Shown here piece by piece: positions 17,212-27,128 of a DNA stretch of 50,004 nucleotides. How positions within the stretch are numbered: the stretch's first letter is position 1; the number at the start of each line of letters is the position of its first letter. Source of the stretch: a virus (taxonomy: Duplodnaviria > Caudoviricetes); IMG/VR virus record IMGVR_UViG_3300036857_000138, positions 1 to 50,004 of that record. One strand, given 5' to 3'. The notes beneath the pieces are model-generated. The model was not told where the DNA came from and searched no databases. It was given only the letters and a program-made list of their open reading frames with translations. Both the position numbers and the translations under genes were made by a program.

Positions 17212-18387
17212 CTACGGTGCCGTGATCGTCATCGTCCCCGGTTCGACCAGCGGGGCCGGGCCTTCGAGGGTTATGTCCGCCGTCCCGAAGCTGCCGCCCG
17301 ATTTCCGCATTTCGAGTTTCGAGGCGTAGTTGACACCCTGCACGTTGTTGACCGCCGTCACGAGGTCTTGGTAGCGGAGTTTCGTGAAGCTGGCAATGTC
17401 CCAGCTAGTGTCATCGCCGGGCGGTGACTGCCCCCAGTTCGCCGGTGAGAGGAACGCTTCGACCGCCGCTTTCACCGCCGCCGCCACCGTCGCTTTGTCG
17501 AAGCCAGCGTTGGGTACGAGTTCGGCCGTTACGTCGATTTTGTTGTACTTGTATTTCGCCTTATTCGTGATGACGTAGAAGTTGAAGTTGACCTCGCGGC
17601 GGGCTTTGAGAACGGCCAGGATTTCTTCCGCGACTTTGGCCGTCACCGGCTGCCCGGACGAGTCGAGCGGGTACACCGAGAGGGTCTTTTCGAGGCTGCC
17701 GGTTTCGGTTTCGCCGTTGTAGTTGTCGAGGACCCCGACCCGCTGGACCCCGGCGATATTGCGGACGAGGATCGCCACGTCTTCGGCGGTGACTGGACGC
17801 GGTGCCAGGGTCCGCATCGTGTCGGCCAGACGGTCGAGGTAGTCGGCCGGTTCCTCGGCGGTCGAGCCGCCGGACGGGGTGCCTTCGAGTTCGACCGAGG
17901 TCACGTAGGAGATCGCATCGACGAGCGAGGCCGGGCCGGGGATGCCGTTCGCCTCTTCGCCCTCTTCGATCGCTTCGAGCAGGACTTCTTTCGCTTCGCT
18001 CGAACCTTCGGCGACCGGCGCGGCGCTGACGACGACGAAGCCGAGCGATTCATCGCCGCTGACCGCTACGTCAACCTGCGTCCCGGCGGGGATCGTATAG
18101 CCCGCCGTGTCCTGCACTTTCCATTTCGATTTGACGGTCGCGGCGAGCGCCGGATGCGGGGGGACGTTGACGATCAGTTCGCCGAAGCGGGCGAAGGCTT
18201 CCTCGCCCATTTCCGCCGCGAGTTCGGCCAGCGGCACGATCAGCCGGACGGCGATCGCCCGGATCAGCCACGTCTCGGGGTTGCCCGCCCTCGGTTCCCA
18301 GCCGGGAAACTGGGCGACCATGTCGTCGAAGGTTTCTTCGATCAGGGCCTCGGCGTTGATCTCGATCGGTAGCTCGACGAAGCTCAC
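17212..18387 (-). CDS. Baseplate J/gp47 family protein
   Basis: IPAGTQV, AIEEGEEAN, GGSTAE...YLDRL, RPVTAED, VQGV. Confidence 0.9.
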   Translation of the reverse strand: MSFVELPIEINAEALIEETFDDMVAQFPGWEPRAGNPETWLIRAIAVRLIVPLAELAAEMGEEAFARFGELIVNVPPHPALAATVKSKWKVQDTAGYTIPAGTQVDVAVSGDESLGFVVVSAAPVAEGSSEAKEVLLEAIEEGEEANGIPGPASLVDAISYVTSVELEGTPSGGSTAEEPADYLDRLADTMRTLAPRPVTAEDVAILVRNIAGVQRVGVLDNYNGETETGSLEKTLSVYPLDSSGQPVTAKVAEEILAVLKARREVNFNFYVITNKAKYKYNKIDVTAELVPNAGFDKATVAAAVKAAVEAFLSPANWGQSPPGDDTSWDIASFTKLRYQDLVTAVNNVQGVNYASKLEMRKSGGSFGTADITLEGPAPLVEPGTMTITAP

Positions 18388-18686
18388 GGTGTTTCGATCA
18401 CCCCGATCTTGATCAGTTCGGCTTCAAGGTCCTGCGCCGTCACGACTTCGGCTCGCGGCTCGAACTGGTCGATCTGGGCGAGCCATTCGTCGAGGTCGAG
18501 CGGCAGGGCCTCGAAAGTCGGGTCCTCGACGCCGTAGTCGGGTTCCTCGATTCGGCTGCCGCGTTCGGTAGCGATCAGCGCGTACACGCAGGCCGCGATC
18601 TCGTCGTCGGAGTCCTGCTCGACGGCCCGCAGGCCGAACGTGCCGAACTCGATCGGGACACGAAGTTTGGGCGTCGTCAGGGCCAC
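18384..18686 (-). CDS. Baseplate wedge gp25/GpW-like protein
   Basis: TERGSRIEEPDYG...FEPRA. Confidence 0.88.
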   Translation of the reverse strand: MALTTPKLRVPIEFGTFGLRAVEQDSDDEIAACVYALIATERGSRIEEPDYGVEDPTFEALPLDLDEWLAQIDQFEPRAEVVTAQDLEAELIKIGVIETP

Positions 18687-18692
18687 GAGGTC

Positions 18693-18716
18693 AGCCTACG
18701 GTCGGCGCTCACCCCC
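18693..18716 (-). promoter_or_regulatory. Late promoter (leaderless)
   Basis: GGGGGT-N12-TAGGCT-N6-GTG. Confidence 0.75.
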
Positions 18717-19852
18717 TAGCCGACCCTCACCGGATCGACGATCAGGCGACGCCGGATGAACGCCATCGTGATCGCGTTCGATTCGGACCTGATCTTCTCT
18801 TCGATTAGCTCGCTCGCCGCCCGCCCGGTCTGCCGCATCATGCAAGAGACATTCGCGGAAACGCGAATCGGGGACGTTCCGGCTTCGTCGAAGATCATCA
18901 CCGCCGCCCATTCGTTATTCGCGGCGGTCGCCCCCATCGTGTAGGAAATCCGCCCGACCGCCTGATTCGCCTGCGTCGCACCGGACCCGACCGATGCCTC
19001 GATCCGAATGTCATAGTCACCTTTGAGCGGCAGGGTGATTTTCAGCGGTTCGGTCGGCGAGACGTAGGCTTCGCTCGCGGTCGTCCGTTCGACGTTGGAC
19101 TGCTGCAAAAGGGCCGGGCCGCCGATCTTCGCCCACGGATACGTTTCTTCGCCGGTATAGACGAGGTCCCAGTACACCCCCGCCGCCGCTTTGTAGGTGC
19201 AACGGTCACCGATCGCCGGGGCCGGGGAGGTCGGTAGCGCTTCGACGACGCCGTAGTCCTTGCCGCCCCATTTCACCCCCGACGCCGAGCCGGAGTCCGC
19301 GACGAGCCGGGCGAAGTTCCCACCGACCCCGAGCCGCGCCGGTGTCGATGCAGCGGTCGCGGCGATCAGGTCGCCCTTCGTCGTCAGCAGCGCTTTGAGG
19401 ATCGCCAGCGATTCGAGTTCGGCTTTCGAGACTTCACCTGCCGGACCTTTCGGGCCTTCGGGTCCGGCCCCGGACATGACGACGACGGTGTACTGATTCG
19501 TCGTCGGCGCTTCGTCGAAGGTGAGTTTGATCTGACTAGTCGAGATCGCTTCGTGATCGAAGCCGCCCCATACCTGCTGATACGGCGAGGCGGCCTGCCG
19601 GACGCCGACGAAGACCGCTCGGGTCCCGAGTTTGTGTTCGATCGTGAACGTCGTCGTCGTGCCGTCGCCGATCGTCTGAGTGAACGCCCCGCCGATCGTC
19701 GGTTCGCCGCCCCCTTTGGCGCTGACCCATTCGGTCCCGTTCCAGAAGTAGAGGGTGTTCGTCGCGGTGTCGTAGTGAAGCTGGCCCGCGACCGGCGAGG
19801 CGGGTTTCCCCGAGGACTTCGGTGCGACGAACTTGCCGAGTTGCTCGGCCAT
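18716..19852 (-). CDS. Tail fiber / minor tail protein
   Basis: AGQLHYDTATNTLYFWNGTEW, HKLGT, short collagen-like GPEGPKGPAG, TTKGDLIAATA. Confidence 0.75.
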   Translation of the reverse strand: MAEQLGKFVAPKSSGKPASPVAGQLHYDTATNTLYFWNGTEWVSAKGGGEPTIGGAFTQTIGDGTTTTFTIEHKLGTRAVFVGVRQAASPYQQVWGGFDHEAISTSQIKLTFDEAPTTNQYTVVVMSGAGPEGPKGPAGEVSKAELESLAILKALLTTKGDLIAATAASTPARLGVGGNFARLVADSGSASGVKWGGKDYGVVEALPTSPAPAIGDRCTYKAAAGVYWDLVYTGEETYPWAKIGGPALLQQSNVERTTASEAYVSPTEPLKITLPLKGDYDIRIEASVGSGATQANQAVGRISYTMGATAANNEWAAVMIFDEAGTSPIRVSANVSCMMRQTGRAASELIEEKIRSESNAITMAFIRRRLIVDPVRVG

Positions 19853-21058
19853 CTAGGACCTGACGATCACTCGGTACTGTTCGGTCGTCGGCGCGACGTT
19901 GAACCGGAGCGTGACCGCGTTCACACTCGTCCGCTCGACGGTCGGCTCGACGGTGTCCCACGGCGTCGAGTTGCGATAGACCTCGACGATCACGTCGCGG
20001 GTCCCGAGGTTGTGGGTGACTTCGATCGCGGTCAGCGAGCCGTTACCGATGTTCTGGGTGAACTTCCCGGTCCGTTCTTCGACGAAGGCTTTGGTCGCAA
20101 TGACCGCCGTATTGACGCTGAGGCCGTCGCCTTCCTGCGTCAGCCCGGTCCCCGCTTCGACGAAGAGGGTGCTACCGGCGAGGCCGATCCCGCCCCCAGC
20201 GGTGAGTCCCGCCGCGCCGGTGAACTGAGTCCAAGTGTTCGCCGTGACGCCGACCGTGACGGGGCCGGTCGGTTCGGAAATGACCCAGCCGGTGTCGGCG
20301 TTGGTACCGCCCGCCTCGACGAAGGTGAACGATCCGCCCGAGAGGTCGAAGGGTGCGGATTCGGCGTCAGCGTCGGCAGTCCGTTTCAGTTTGTATTTTT
20401 CCGCCCCGCCGCCTTTCGAGAGAACTTCGTAGATGCCGTTTTTGATCCCGAGCGGCTCGTTCTTGACGAGGACGCGATCGCCCACGGTGAGGGCCTGCCC
20501 GTCGATTTTCAGTTCGCCGACCGCTTCGCCGACGAGTTCTTTTCCGCTGACGGTGCTAGTCGGTGAGAGGGCCGCCGCCGTGGCGAACCTGACCGAGTTC
20601 TTCACGTCCAGCCCTTGAGCGACGGCGTCGGCGTAGCCGGTCGTGGCGAGCTTCGTCCCGGTGCCTTCGGTCTGCGGGGTCAGTACGTCGCCGACGATTT
20701 TGAGGAAGGTGCCATCGACGTTCACCTTCAAGGCTTCGGCCCCGCCGCCGCCCAACCCTTCACCGGCCGCCGCCGCCGCGATCCTGATCAGGTCCGAGAC
20801 GACCTCTAGGCCCGTCCCCGGCGCAACGTCGAGGGTGTCCCCGGTACGGGTCAGGGCGTTCCCGGCGATGATCTGCGACGAGTCGGTCGGGACCCATGCC
20901 GTCCCGTTGTAGAAGTAGAGACGGTTCGCGGTCGTGTCGTAGTACAACTGCCCGGCGACCGGCGAGCCGGGGGCCGAGGCGAGCTTGTGGACGAGGGCGT
21001 TCTGCAACTCCGACGACTTGCCGAAGTCAAGGTGGGTAAGGATTTTGCGTTCGGCCAT
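19853..21058 (-). CDS. Virion fiber / minor tail protein
   Basis: AGQLYYDTTANRLYFYNGTAW, QGLDVKNSVR.AT, GDRVLVKN...NGIY, HNLGTRD. Confidence 0.75.
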   Translation of the reverse strand: MAERKILTHLDFGKSSELQNALVHKLASAPGSPVAGQLYYDTTANRLYFYNGTAWVPTDSSQIIAGNALTRTGDTLDVAPGTGLEVVSDLIRIAAAAAGEGLGGGGAEALKVNVDGTFLKIVGDVLTPQTEGTGTKLATTGYADAVAQGLDVKNSVRFATAAALSPTSTVSGKELVGEAVGELKIDGQALTVGDRVLVKNEPLGIKNGIYEVLSKGGGAEKYKLKRTADADAESAPFDLSGGSFTFVEAGGTNADTGWVISEPTGPVTVGVTANTWTQFTGAAGLTAGGGIGLAGSTLFVEAGTGLTQEGDGLSVNTAVIATKAFVEERTGKFTQNIGNGSLTAIEVTHNLGTRDVIVEVYRNSTPWDTVEPTVERTSVNAVTLRFNVAPTTEQYRVIVRS

Positions 21059-21571
21059 TTAGTTCATCACCGCTTTCCCCGACGATTCGGCGTTGAAGAG
21101 CAGTTTGAGTTCGTTCGAGTTGAGGACTTCGACCTGCGGCTCGATCTGCCGCCCGAGGCCGTCGAAGGCGATCACGCAGGGGGTCTTGCCGAGATTGTGT
21201 TTCACCGTCCAGGCTTTCGCCGCGACGCCCTGTTCGTGCAGGTAGGTCTTGTCGCCGGTGCCTTCGCCGCCTTTGATCGGGGTGTCACCCCCGGCGGGCC
21301 ACCACGCCGCGACCCACGGCTCTTGTTGGTCATCGACGACGACGAGGACCTCGTCACCGACCGCCGGGATCGTCGTCGCCCGCGACTGCCAGCGGCGAAT
21401 CTCGTAGGCGTGCATTTCGGCAGGCCGGGCCGAGTCCTGCTGATCGTCGAACTCGGGGACGACGACTTGGAACGGTTGGCCGAGCGCGGCCGGGGCCTTC
21501 GAGACGAAGCCGTGGCGGGCCTCGCGGGTCGGCGAGGTCGGGGCGACCGGCGATCGGGCAAGCTCGGTCAT
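21059..21571 (-). CDS. Baseplate spike/gpV-like protein with HNLG domain
   Basis: VVVPEF...PAVGDEVLVVVD...PWV; ATGA overlap. Confidence 0.7.
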   Translation of the reverse strand: MTELARSPVAPTSPTREARHGFVSKAPAALGQPFQVVVPEFDDQQDSARPAEMHAYEIRRWQSRATTIPAVGDEVLVVVDDQQEPWVAAWWPAGGDTPIKGGEGTGDKTYLHEQGVAAKAWTVKHNLGKTPCVIAFDGLGRQIEPQVEVLNSNELKLLFNAESSGKAVMN

Positions 21572-23454
21572 AGGCCGTGGGGGTGTCGAGTGACGAAGCC
21601 GGAGTGCGAGCGCCCCGAGGACCAGCCGCCACCGCCGGGGTTCGAGCCTTGACTGCCCCCGGCTTGGAACGTGCGCCAGCCCGAGGCGGTGCGGATCACG
21701 CCGAAGACGTGTTCGACGTTCGAGTAGATCGTGACCCACTCGCCGGGTCCCGAGTCGCCGAAGCTCATAAGCGCCGGTGAGGCCTCCGGGGTCGAGAGGT
21801 AGCCGCCCGCGTGCAGTACCGACGAGACGAAGCCGGAGCAGTCGCAGGGCGTACTCGGCGAGGCGAACGTCGAGCCGTGGCCGCCGCCCCAGTCGTAGGG
21901 GTTGTTGGCCTTGTCGAAGGCTTCGATCATCGAGATCATCGCCTCGACCGGACGCGGAGCGTTGCCGTCCGCACCGAACTTCGAGGCCCCCGCTTTCGGG
22001 CGGCCGGTCGAGGATTTCACCGCCTTCGGGGCAGGCTCGGGCAACGGTTCGGTCGGCCGCTTGAGGGTGATCGTCACGACCGAGTCGCGTTTCGCCAGCG
22101 GCGCGGAAATCGTCGAGACGATGTAGCTGCCGTCCGCCGGGCCGTGATTGTTGACCCACGCCCGCGAGCCGGGCGGCGCGGCCCACGACTTCGCCAGCGC
22201 CGAGACGGTGACGGTCTGGACTTCCTTGCCGAGGTCGTAGTCGAAGCTCGTGTCGAGGACCCCCGGCGTCGAGTCCGAGATCGTCATCCGCCGCATCGAC
22301 CGGAGCAGGTCCGACTCGGCGATGAAATAGACCCAGCCCGCCGACTCGAAGAATCGCCAGTTGACCTCTTTCCCGAGCCGCGAGCCGCAGGCCCAGCCGT
22401 CTTCTTTCGCTTTCTGCTCGAAGGCGTAGCGCTGGAACCGGGTCGGGCCTTCGCCGCCGCCTTCGATTTCGCCGCCGCCGAACGATTCGACCCATTCGAG
22501 CGCTTCGGATTCGACCGCCCCGTAGTTGGCGCGGCCGTGGGACGAGAGGCCCGCCCCCGAGGCCTGCACGTCCTGCGCGATTTCGTACGGTTTCGCGTTC
22601 GGGTGGCGGGCGAAGTTGCCGAGCGCCCCGCCCTTCTCGGTCGTCCAGTTCTTGCCGGTCAGGAACCCGACGATTTGCTCGACGTGATCGAGGCCCGCGA
22701 GCGGGGTGCCGGGCAGGCCTTGCAGAATGTTCGAGGAAAGCTCGCCGAGGTTCGACTCGACGAGCAGGGCCTCCATCAGCGCCACCATCACGCGGGTCGG
22801 GGCCTTGTGCGACTCGGCGATGCGAAGGGCGAGGTCGCCGAGCTTGCGTTGCGCGGGGGACGCCTCGCCGCCTTCCTTCTCCGGCAGGTGTGAATCCCCG
22901 TCTAGACCCTTCCCACGCCGTAGGTTCGCGTCTGAGCGCGTCTCGTGGGCCTGTACGGCCGATTTGATCGGCTGGATCGTTTCCAGTTGCGGGCAGACGA
23001 ACCGGATCGGCGGACCCTGCGCGGCGCGAATGATCCGCAGGACGAACTCGGCCCGCGTCACCTTGTCGCGGAACGCCTTGCGCGGACCCTTGACGGCCCG
23101 GATCAAGGCGACGACTTCCGGCTCGTACACGAGGGTCAGCGGCGCTTCGCTCGACTGCTGGCTGACCTTCGTGAAGAGGAAGTTGATCCCGTCGAGCGTG
23201 ACCCGGTGCCGTTCGAGCAGCAGCGGCGATTGCAGCAGGTGCCGGTTCGGGTCGAGGATCGAGAGGTTGAGGGTCGAGGCCCCGGCGATCGTCCGTTCGA
23301 GGGTGCCTTCGATCAGGGCGTCGCCGATGATCGCTTTCATCGAATCGCCCCGCAGGAAGAGATCGTCGAGATCGGACGTGATCCCCTGCAAGCGGGTAAA
23401 GAGCCGGTTCTTTTTCGAGTCGGCCCGGATGCGATTTTGCAGCTTCGTCGTCAT
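21568..23454 (-). CDS. Baseplate hub with C-terminal NlpC/P60 peptidoglycan hydrolase
   Basis: Follows the LysM gene; PYDWGGGHG...DCSGFVS...HVF. Confidence 0.8.
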   Translation of the reverse strand: MTTKLQNRIRADSKKNRLFTRLQGITSDLDDLFLRGDSMKAIIGDALIEGTLERTIAGASTLNLSILDPNRHLLQSPLLLERHRVTLDGINFLFTKVSQQSSEAPLTLVYEPEVVALIRAVKGPRKAFRDKVTRAEFVLRIIRAAQGPPIRFVCPQLETIQPIKSAVQAHETRSDANLRRGKGLDGDSHLPEKEGGEASPAQRKLGDLALRIAESHKAPTRVMVALMEALLVESNLGELSSNILQGLPGTPLAGLDHVEQIVGFLTGKNWTTEKGGALGNFARHPNAKPYEIAQDVQASGAGLSSHGRANYGAVESEALEWVESFGGGEIEGGGEGPTRFQRYAFEQKAKEDGWACGSRLGKEVNWRFFESAGWVYFIAESDLLRSMRRMTISDSTPGVLDTSFDYDLGKEVQTVTVSALAKSWAAPPGSRAWVNNHGPADGSYIVSTISAPLAKRDSVVTITLKRPTEPLPEPAPKAVKSSTGRPKAGASKFGADGNAPRPVEAMISMIEAFDKANNPYDWGGGHGSTFASPSTPCDCSGFVSSVLHAGGYLSTPEASPALMSFGDSGPGEWVTIYSNVEHVFGVIRTASGWRTFQAGGSQGSNPGGGGWSSGRSHSGFVTRHPHGL

Positions 23455-24089
23455 CGCGGCAGGCTCAGTCGGCGGCCCGCTTGCAGCTTGCGCCGGGTGT
23501 CGTTGATCCCGTTCAACTTGGCAATCTCTCCGGCCCGATTCGGGTTGCCGTACATGCGGGTCGAGACGCGCAGGAGCGTTTCGCCGTCGTGCAGGACCGT
23601 CGTCTGCACCGGCTTCCCCTTGCCGACCCCCATCCGATTTATCCGCCGGAACCGAACCGTGTCGGGGTCGATGAACTGCAAGAGCTTGAGGGTCAGTTCT
23701 TGGCGGACGAGTTCGCCGCCCCGGCCCCGGAACGGTGCCGAGCGAAGGCCGTCGCCCCACTCCGGCAGTTCCATCACGAACCGCGTCCCCGAGTAGGGGA
23801 TCGGCCCCGAGGCCGTGAAGTCGGGCGGCCGCTGGCCCTCGCGGCCCCGGCAGAGCTTGAGTATCTGTTCGACCTCGTCCTCGACCGAGTCGTGCGGCCA
23901 GCCGTCGAGCAGGACCGGCACGTCAACCCGGATCAAGGTCTGGCCCCGGTAGTCGGTCATCGCTACCCGGTTCGAGCGGGCGACTTCTTCCCAGTTCGGC
24001 GAGCCGCCCGAGAGGACCGCCGGACCGGCACCGAGGGGAACGGTGAAATCGAACTTGCCCCGCGAGAAGAGTCGGACCTCGGGTTTCAT
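23451..24089 (-). CDS. Tail tube initiator with LysM domain
   Basis: GETLLRVSTRMYGNP...IAKLNGI...L.AG..L.LP. Confidence 0.85.
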   Translation of the reverse strand: MKPEVRLFSRGKFDFTVPLGAGPAVLSGGSPNWEEVARSNRVAMTDYRGQTLIRVDVPVLLDGWPHDSVEDEVEQILKLCRGREGQRPPDFTASGPIPYSGTRFVMELPEWGDGLRSAPFRGRGGELVRQELTLKLLQFIDPDTVRFRRINRMGVGKGKPVQTTVLHDGETLLRVSTRMYGNPNRAGEIAKLNGINDTRRKLQAGRRLSLPR

Positions 24090-25855
24090 TGCCTCGCGTC
24101 CGCGTCGTCTTGGATAGCGATCACCGTCTCGGTCAGGACCCGGCCGTCGAGGTTCAACTGCACCGGCTGCCTGATCTCACGGCGCGGCCGCCGGAACTGT
24201 TCACCGCCGAAGACGACCCGCTTCGACTCGCGGTTGGGGATCACGTCGGTTCCTCGGGGTAGGGAAACAAGCTCGGGTCCGGCCTCGCCGACGACCGCCA
24301 GGCCACCGGGAAAGCTCCGAATACCGTGTTGCCCGCCGGGGATCAGGCTGCCCGCGAACCCCGCCACGTCGCCCGCCGCGCCGAGGACCTTGCCGACGAC
24401 GCCGCCGGTGAGCTTGTCCTTGACTTCGTTGATCTTGTCGATGACCGCCTTCACCTTTTCCCATGCCCAGATGAACGGCGCGGCGATTTTCTTACCGACT
24501 CCGGCGAGCGCCCCGGCGATCTTGCCCGGCAGGCCCTTGAAGAACCCGACGACGGCGTTGAAGGCCCCGACGATCGCATCCTTCATTGCGAAGACGACGC
24601 CCTTGATCCGGCCGACGTTGGCCTTGATCACTTTGTAGATCGTGATCCAGACGACGAGGATCGGCGAGATCGGGATGATCAAGACCTGCCAGTTCTTCTT
24701 GACGAACGAGAAGATCGCATCGACCCCGTTGCGGAACCACTTGATCTTTTTGTAGGCGATGAAGAACGCGACCCCGAGGGCGATCACCGCGAGCATGATC
24801 AGGGTCACCGGTGAGGCCGCGATCGCCAGCGCCGTAGTCGCCACGGTGAGCGCGGTCGTCGCCACCGTCCAAGCGACGTAGGCCGCGACGACGGCCTCGA
24901 TCACTTCGGGGTGTTTGACGAGCCAGACGACGACGTTCTTGATCGCCTCGGCGAGCGGCTTGAGGGCCTGAAACACGTCGTGAATCGGGCCTTTGCCTTT
25001 GCGCCATTCCCTGATCCAGCGGCCGACGATATTGATCCCTTTCAGCAGCCAGGGCACGACCTTTTCCGAGAAGACGATCTGGAACCCGATCATCGCCAGT
25101 TCCATTCGGCGCTGGGCGGTGACGAAGTCGCCCATGTTTTTCGCCCCGGTCGCGGTCAGGACGGCACCGAACGATTTGGCTTCGGCGATGTTTTCGTGCA
25201 GCGCTTGCCGCCCTTCGCGGAAGAGCGGGAAGACCTGCGCGTAGCCTTTGCCGAACAGTTTTGACGCGAGGGCCTGCCGGGTCGTGCCTTTGGCGGTGTT
25301 CTCGAACCCTTCGGATATGTCGCCGAGCAACTGCCCGAAGTGATGCGACCCGACTTCGACCTCTTTCTGACTGATCCCGAGCTTGCGGAACGCACCCTCG
25401 GCAGTCGTCGATCCGGTCGCCGCCGCTTTCGCTTGTTTGGCGATCGTGTTCATCGCCATCCCGAACTTCGTCGCGTCGGCCCCGCGCACTTTCGCCAGCG
25501 AGAGCAGCGCCGATCCCTGTTCGACCCCGAGGCCGAGGTTTTCCCGCAGGCCGATCGTCGCCTTCGCCAGGTCGGCGGTGTTCGAGATCGCGTGTTTGCC
25601 CCAGATGCCGACCGCGATCGCACCCCCGGCGAGGCCGACTGCCGCGACTTTGGCGATCCGTTTGATCCCCGACCAGGCCCCCCGGAGTTTCGACGTGATC
25701 CCGGCCATCCGGCCGCCCGCCGCCCGCGACGCGGCGCTCGCCTCGACGCTGGCGGTGCCGACCCCTTTGATCTCGGTCGAGACGAGTTTCGCTTCGGCGG
25801 CCGCCTCTTTCCCGCCGGATAGCCGGATGCGGATCGAGACGATCTCGTCAGCCAC
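24086..25855 (-). CDS. Tape measure protein
   Basis: Ala/Gly-rich helical protein with aromatic repeats and VVGEAGPELV; follows the tail chaperones. Confidence 0.9.
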   Translation of the reverse strand: MADEIVSIRIRLSGGKEAAAEAKLVSTEIKGVGTASVEASAASRAAGGRMAGITSKLRGAWSGIKRIAKVAAVGLAGGAIAVGIWGKHAISNTADLAKATIGLRENLGLGVEQGSALLSLAKVRGADATKFGMAMNTIAKQAKAAATGSTTAEGAFRKLGISQKEVEVGSHHFGQLLGDISEGFENTAKGTTRQALASKLFGKGYAQVFPLFREGRQALHENIAEAKSFGAVLTATGAKNMGDFVTAQRRMELAMIGFQIVFSEKVVPWLLKGINIVGRWIREWRKGKGPIHDVFQALKPLAEAIKNVVVWLVKHPEVIEAVVAAYVAWTVATTALTVATTALAIAASPVTLIMLAVIALGVAFFIAYKKIKWFRNGVDAIFSFVKKNWQVLIIPISPILVVWITIYKVIKANVGRIKGVVFAMKDAIVGAFNAVVGFFKGLPGKIAGALAGVGKKIAAPFIWAWEKVKAVIDKINEVKDKLTGGVVGKVLGAAGDVAGFAGSLIPGGQHGIRSFPGGLAVVGEAGPELVSLPRGTDVIPNRESKRVVFGGEQFRRPRREIRQPVQLNLDGRVLTETVIAIQDDADARQ

Positions 25856-25864
25856 GAGGCCCCC

Positions 25865-26083
25865 TTATTTGATCCGGCTCGCTACCTCGTTGGCGATGTA
25901 GATCGCCAGCCGCCGCAGTCGGTCGTCGGTGATCTCGTCGATCTCGGCCGCCAGCGCGAGCATGATCCCGACCTCGTCCGGCCAGCGGGTGTCGAGGAAC
26001 GCCGGGCCGAGTCCGGCCAGGGCAAGGACGGCGAGCGGCCGTAGCTGCCCGTCCTCGCGCAGGGCGGCTAGGTAGGAGGGACC
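25865..26083 (-). CDS. Tail assembly chaperone GT extension (-1 frame)
   Basis: Open -1 frame overlapping the chaperone end (GTC CCT CCT ACC TAG) and ending just before the tape measure gene. Confidence 0.6.
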   Translation of the reverse strand, partial: GPSYLAALREDGQLRPLAVLALAGLGPAFLDTRWPDEVGIMLALAAEIDEITDDRLRRLAIYIANEVASRIK

Positions 26084-26667
26084 GCACCCTCTTCCTCGTC
26101 GTCGGACGCGATGGCCTCTTTCAGCCAGCCGTCGAGGGTGACGAAGTGATCGTTGAGCGCCGCCGGGTTCTTGAAGACGAGACGGCATATCGACTGGGCG
26201 GTGCCGGGGATCGGGTCGAGGCCGACCGCCTGCGCCAGCCGGTCGTCGTAGCGGACCGGCTCACCGCCGCGCCAGGCCGGATTCGTCTCGGCCATCGGCA
26301 TAAGCTCGGACGAGTCGCTCGGGCGGTAGAGGATCGTCTCGCAACATTGCACGATCGTCGCCGCCGCGAACTGCAACTCGGCCTCTTCGTTGCCGCCCCG
26401 GCGGAACGCCCGCTCGGCCCGCTTGCGGTAGTCGGCCCACGGCCCCGGCTTGTAGCGGGCGGCGAGGTTGCCCGAGAACCGGCCGGGGGCGATGGCGATC
26501 GTGATCCGGCGTTCCTCGGTCGCCTCTTGGTAGGCCTCGCGTAGCTCGTCGAAGACCGACGCTGGCTCGACCGGTGACTCGTCGGTCGGGTGTTCAAGCG
26601 TCGGGTCCTCGGGGACCTCTTCGAGCGTCGGGTCCTCGTGCAGGTCTGCCCCCGTATCCGGGTTCAT
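26068..26667 (-). CDS. Tail assembly chaperone G
   Basis: Lies between tube and tape measure; strong SD. Confidence 0.75.
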   Translation of the reverse strand: MNPDTGADLHEDPTLEEVPEDPTLEHPTDESPVEPASVFDELREAYQEATEERRITIAIAPGRFSGNLAARYKPGPWADYRKRAERAFRRGGNEEAELQFAAATIVQCCETILYRPSDSSELMPMAETNPAWRGGEPVRYDDRLAQAVGLDPIPGTAQSICRLVFKNPAALNDHFVTLDGWLKEAIASDDEEEGAVPPT

Positions 26668-26705
26668 AGTGACTCCCTTCCGTTCGTGATCGAGGCCGAG
26701 CGTGC

Positions 26706-27128
26706 CTACGTGATCGGCTCGTCGGCCGAGACTTCGAGCGCGACCATCTTCTTATCCGAAGAGTTCGAGTCGTGATCGGGATGGACGAAGCCGGTCAGCG
26801 TGCCGGTGAAAGTGAGCGGATCGCCGGTCGGCGACCGATCGGTTTTCAGCATCACGCGCTTCGCGGTCACGGTTCCGATCCCGACCATGCGGTCGAGTTT
26901 CTTCGCGTAGGGGTGATCTCGCTCTAGCTTGTAGAGGCGTTGCAGGGTGAAGTCGTCGCGGGACACCGGGCCGCCGAGCGATTCCTCGGGACCCATCCCG
27001 CCGGGGCGGTGCTTCGTTGACTCGGCTTTCGCCGCGCCGCCCTCGAACATGTCGAAGACGCCGAGCGCCAGCGTTTCGCCGTTCCCTTCGATCGTGACGG
27101 TGACTCTCTCTTGATCGGTGCGGCTCAT
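26706..27128 (-). CDS. Tail tube protein
   Basis: 140 aa, after the sheath; RPGGMG...LGG...TLQR...FTGTL. Confidence 0.8.
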   Translation of the reverse strand: MSRTDQERVTVTIEGNGETLALGVFDMFEGGAAKAESTKHRPGGMGPEESLGGPVSRDDFTLQRLYKLERDHPYAKKLDRMVGIGTVTAKRVMLKTDRSPTGDPLTFTGTLTGFVHPDHDSNSSDKKMVALEVSADEPIT

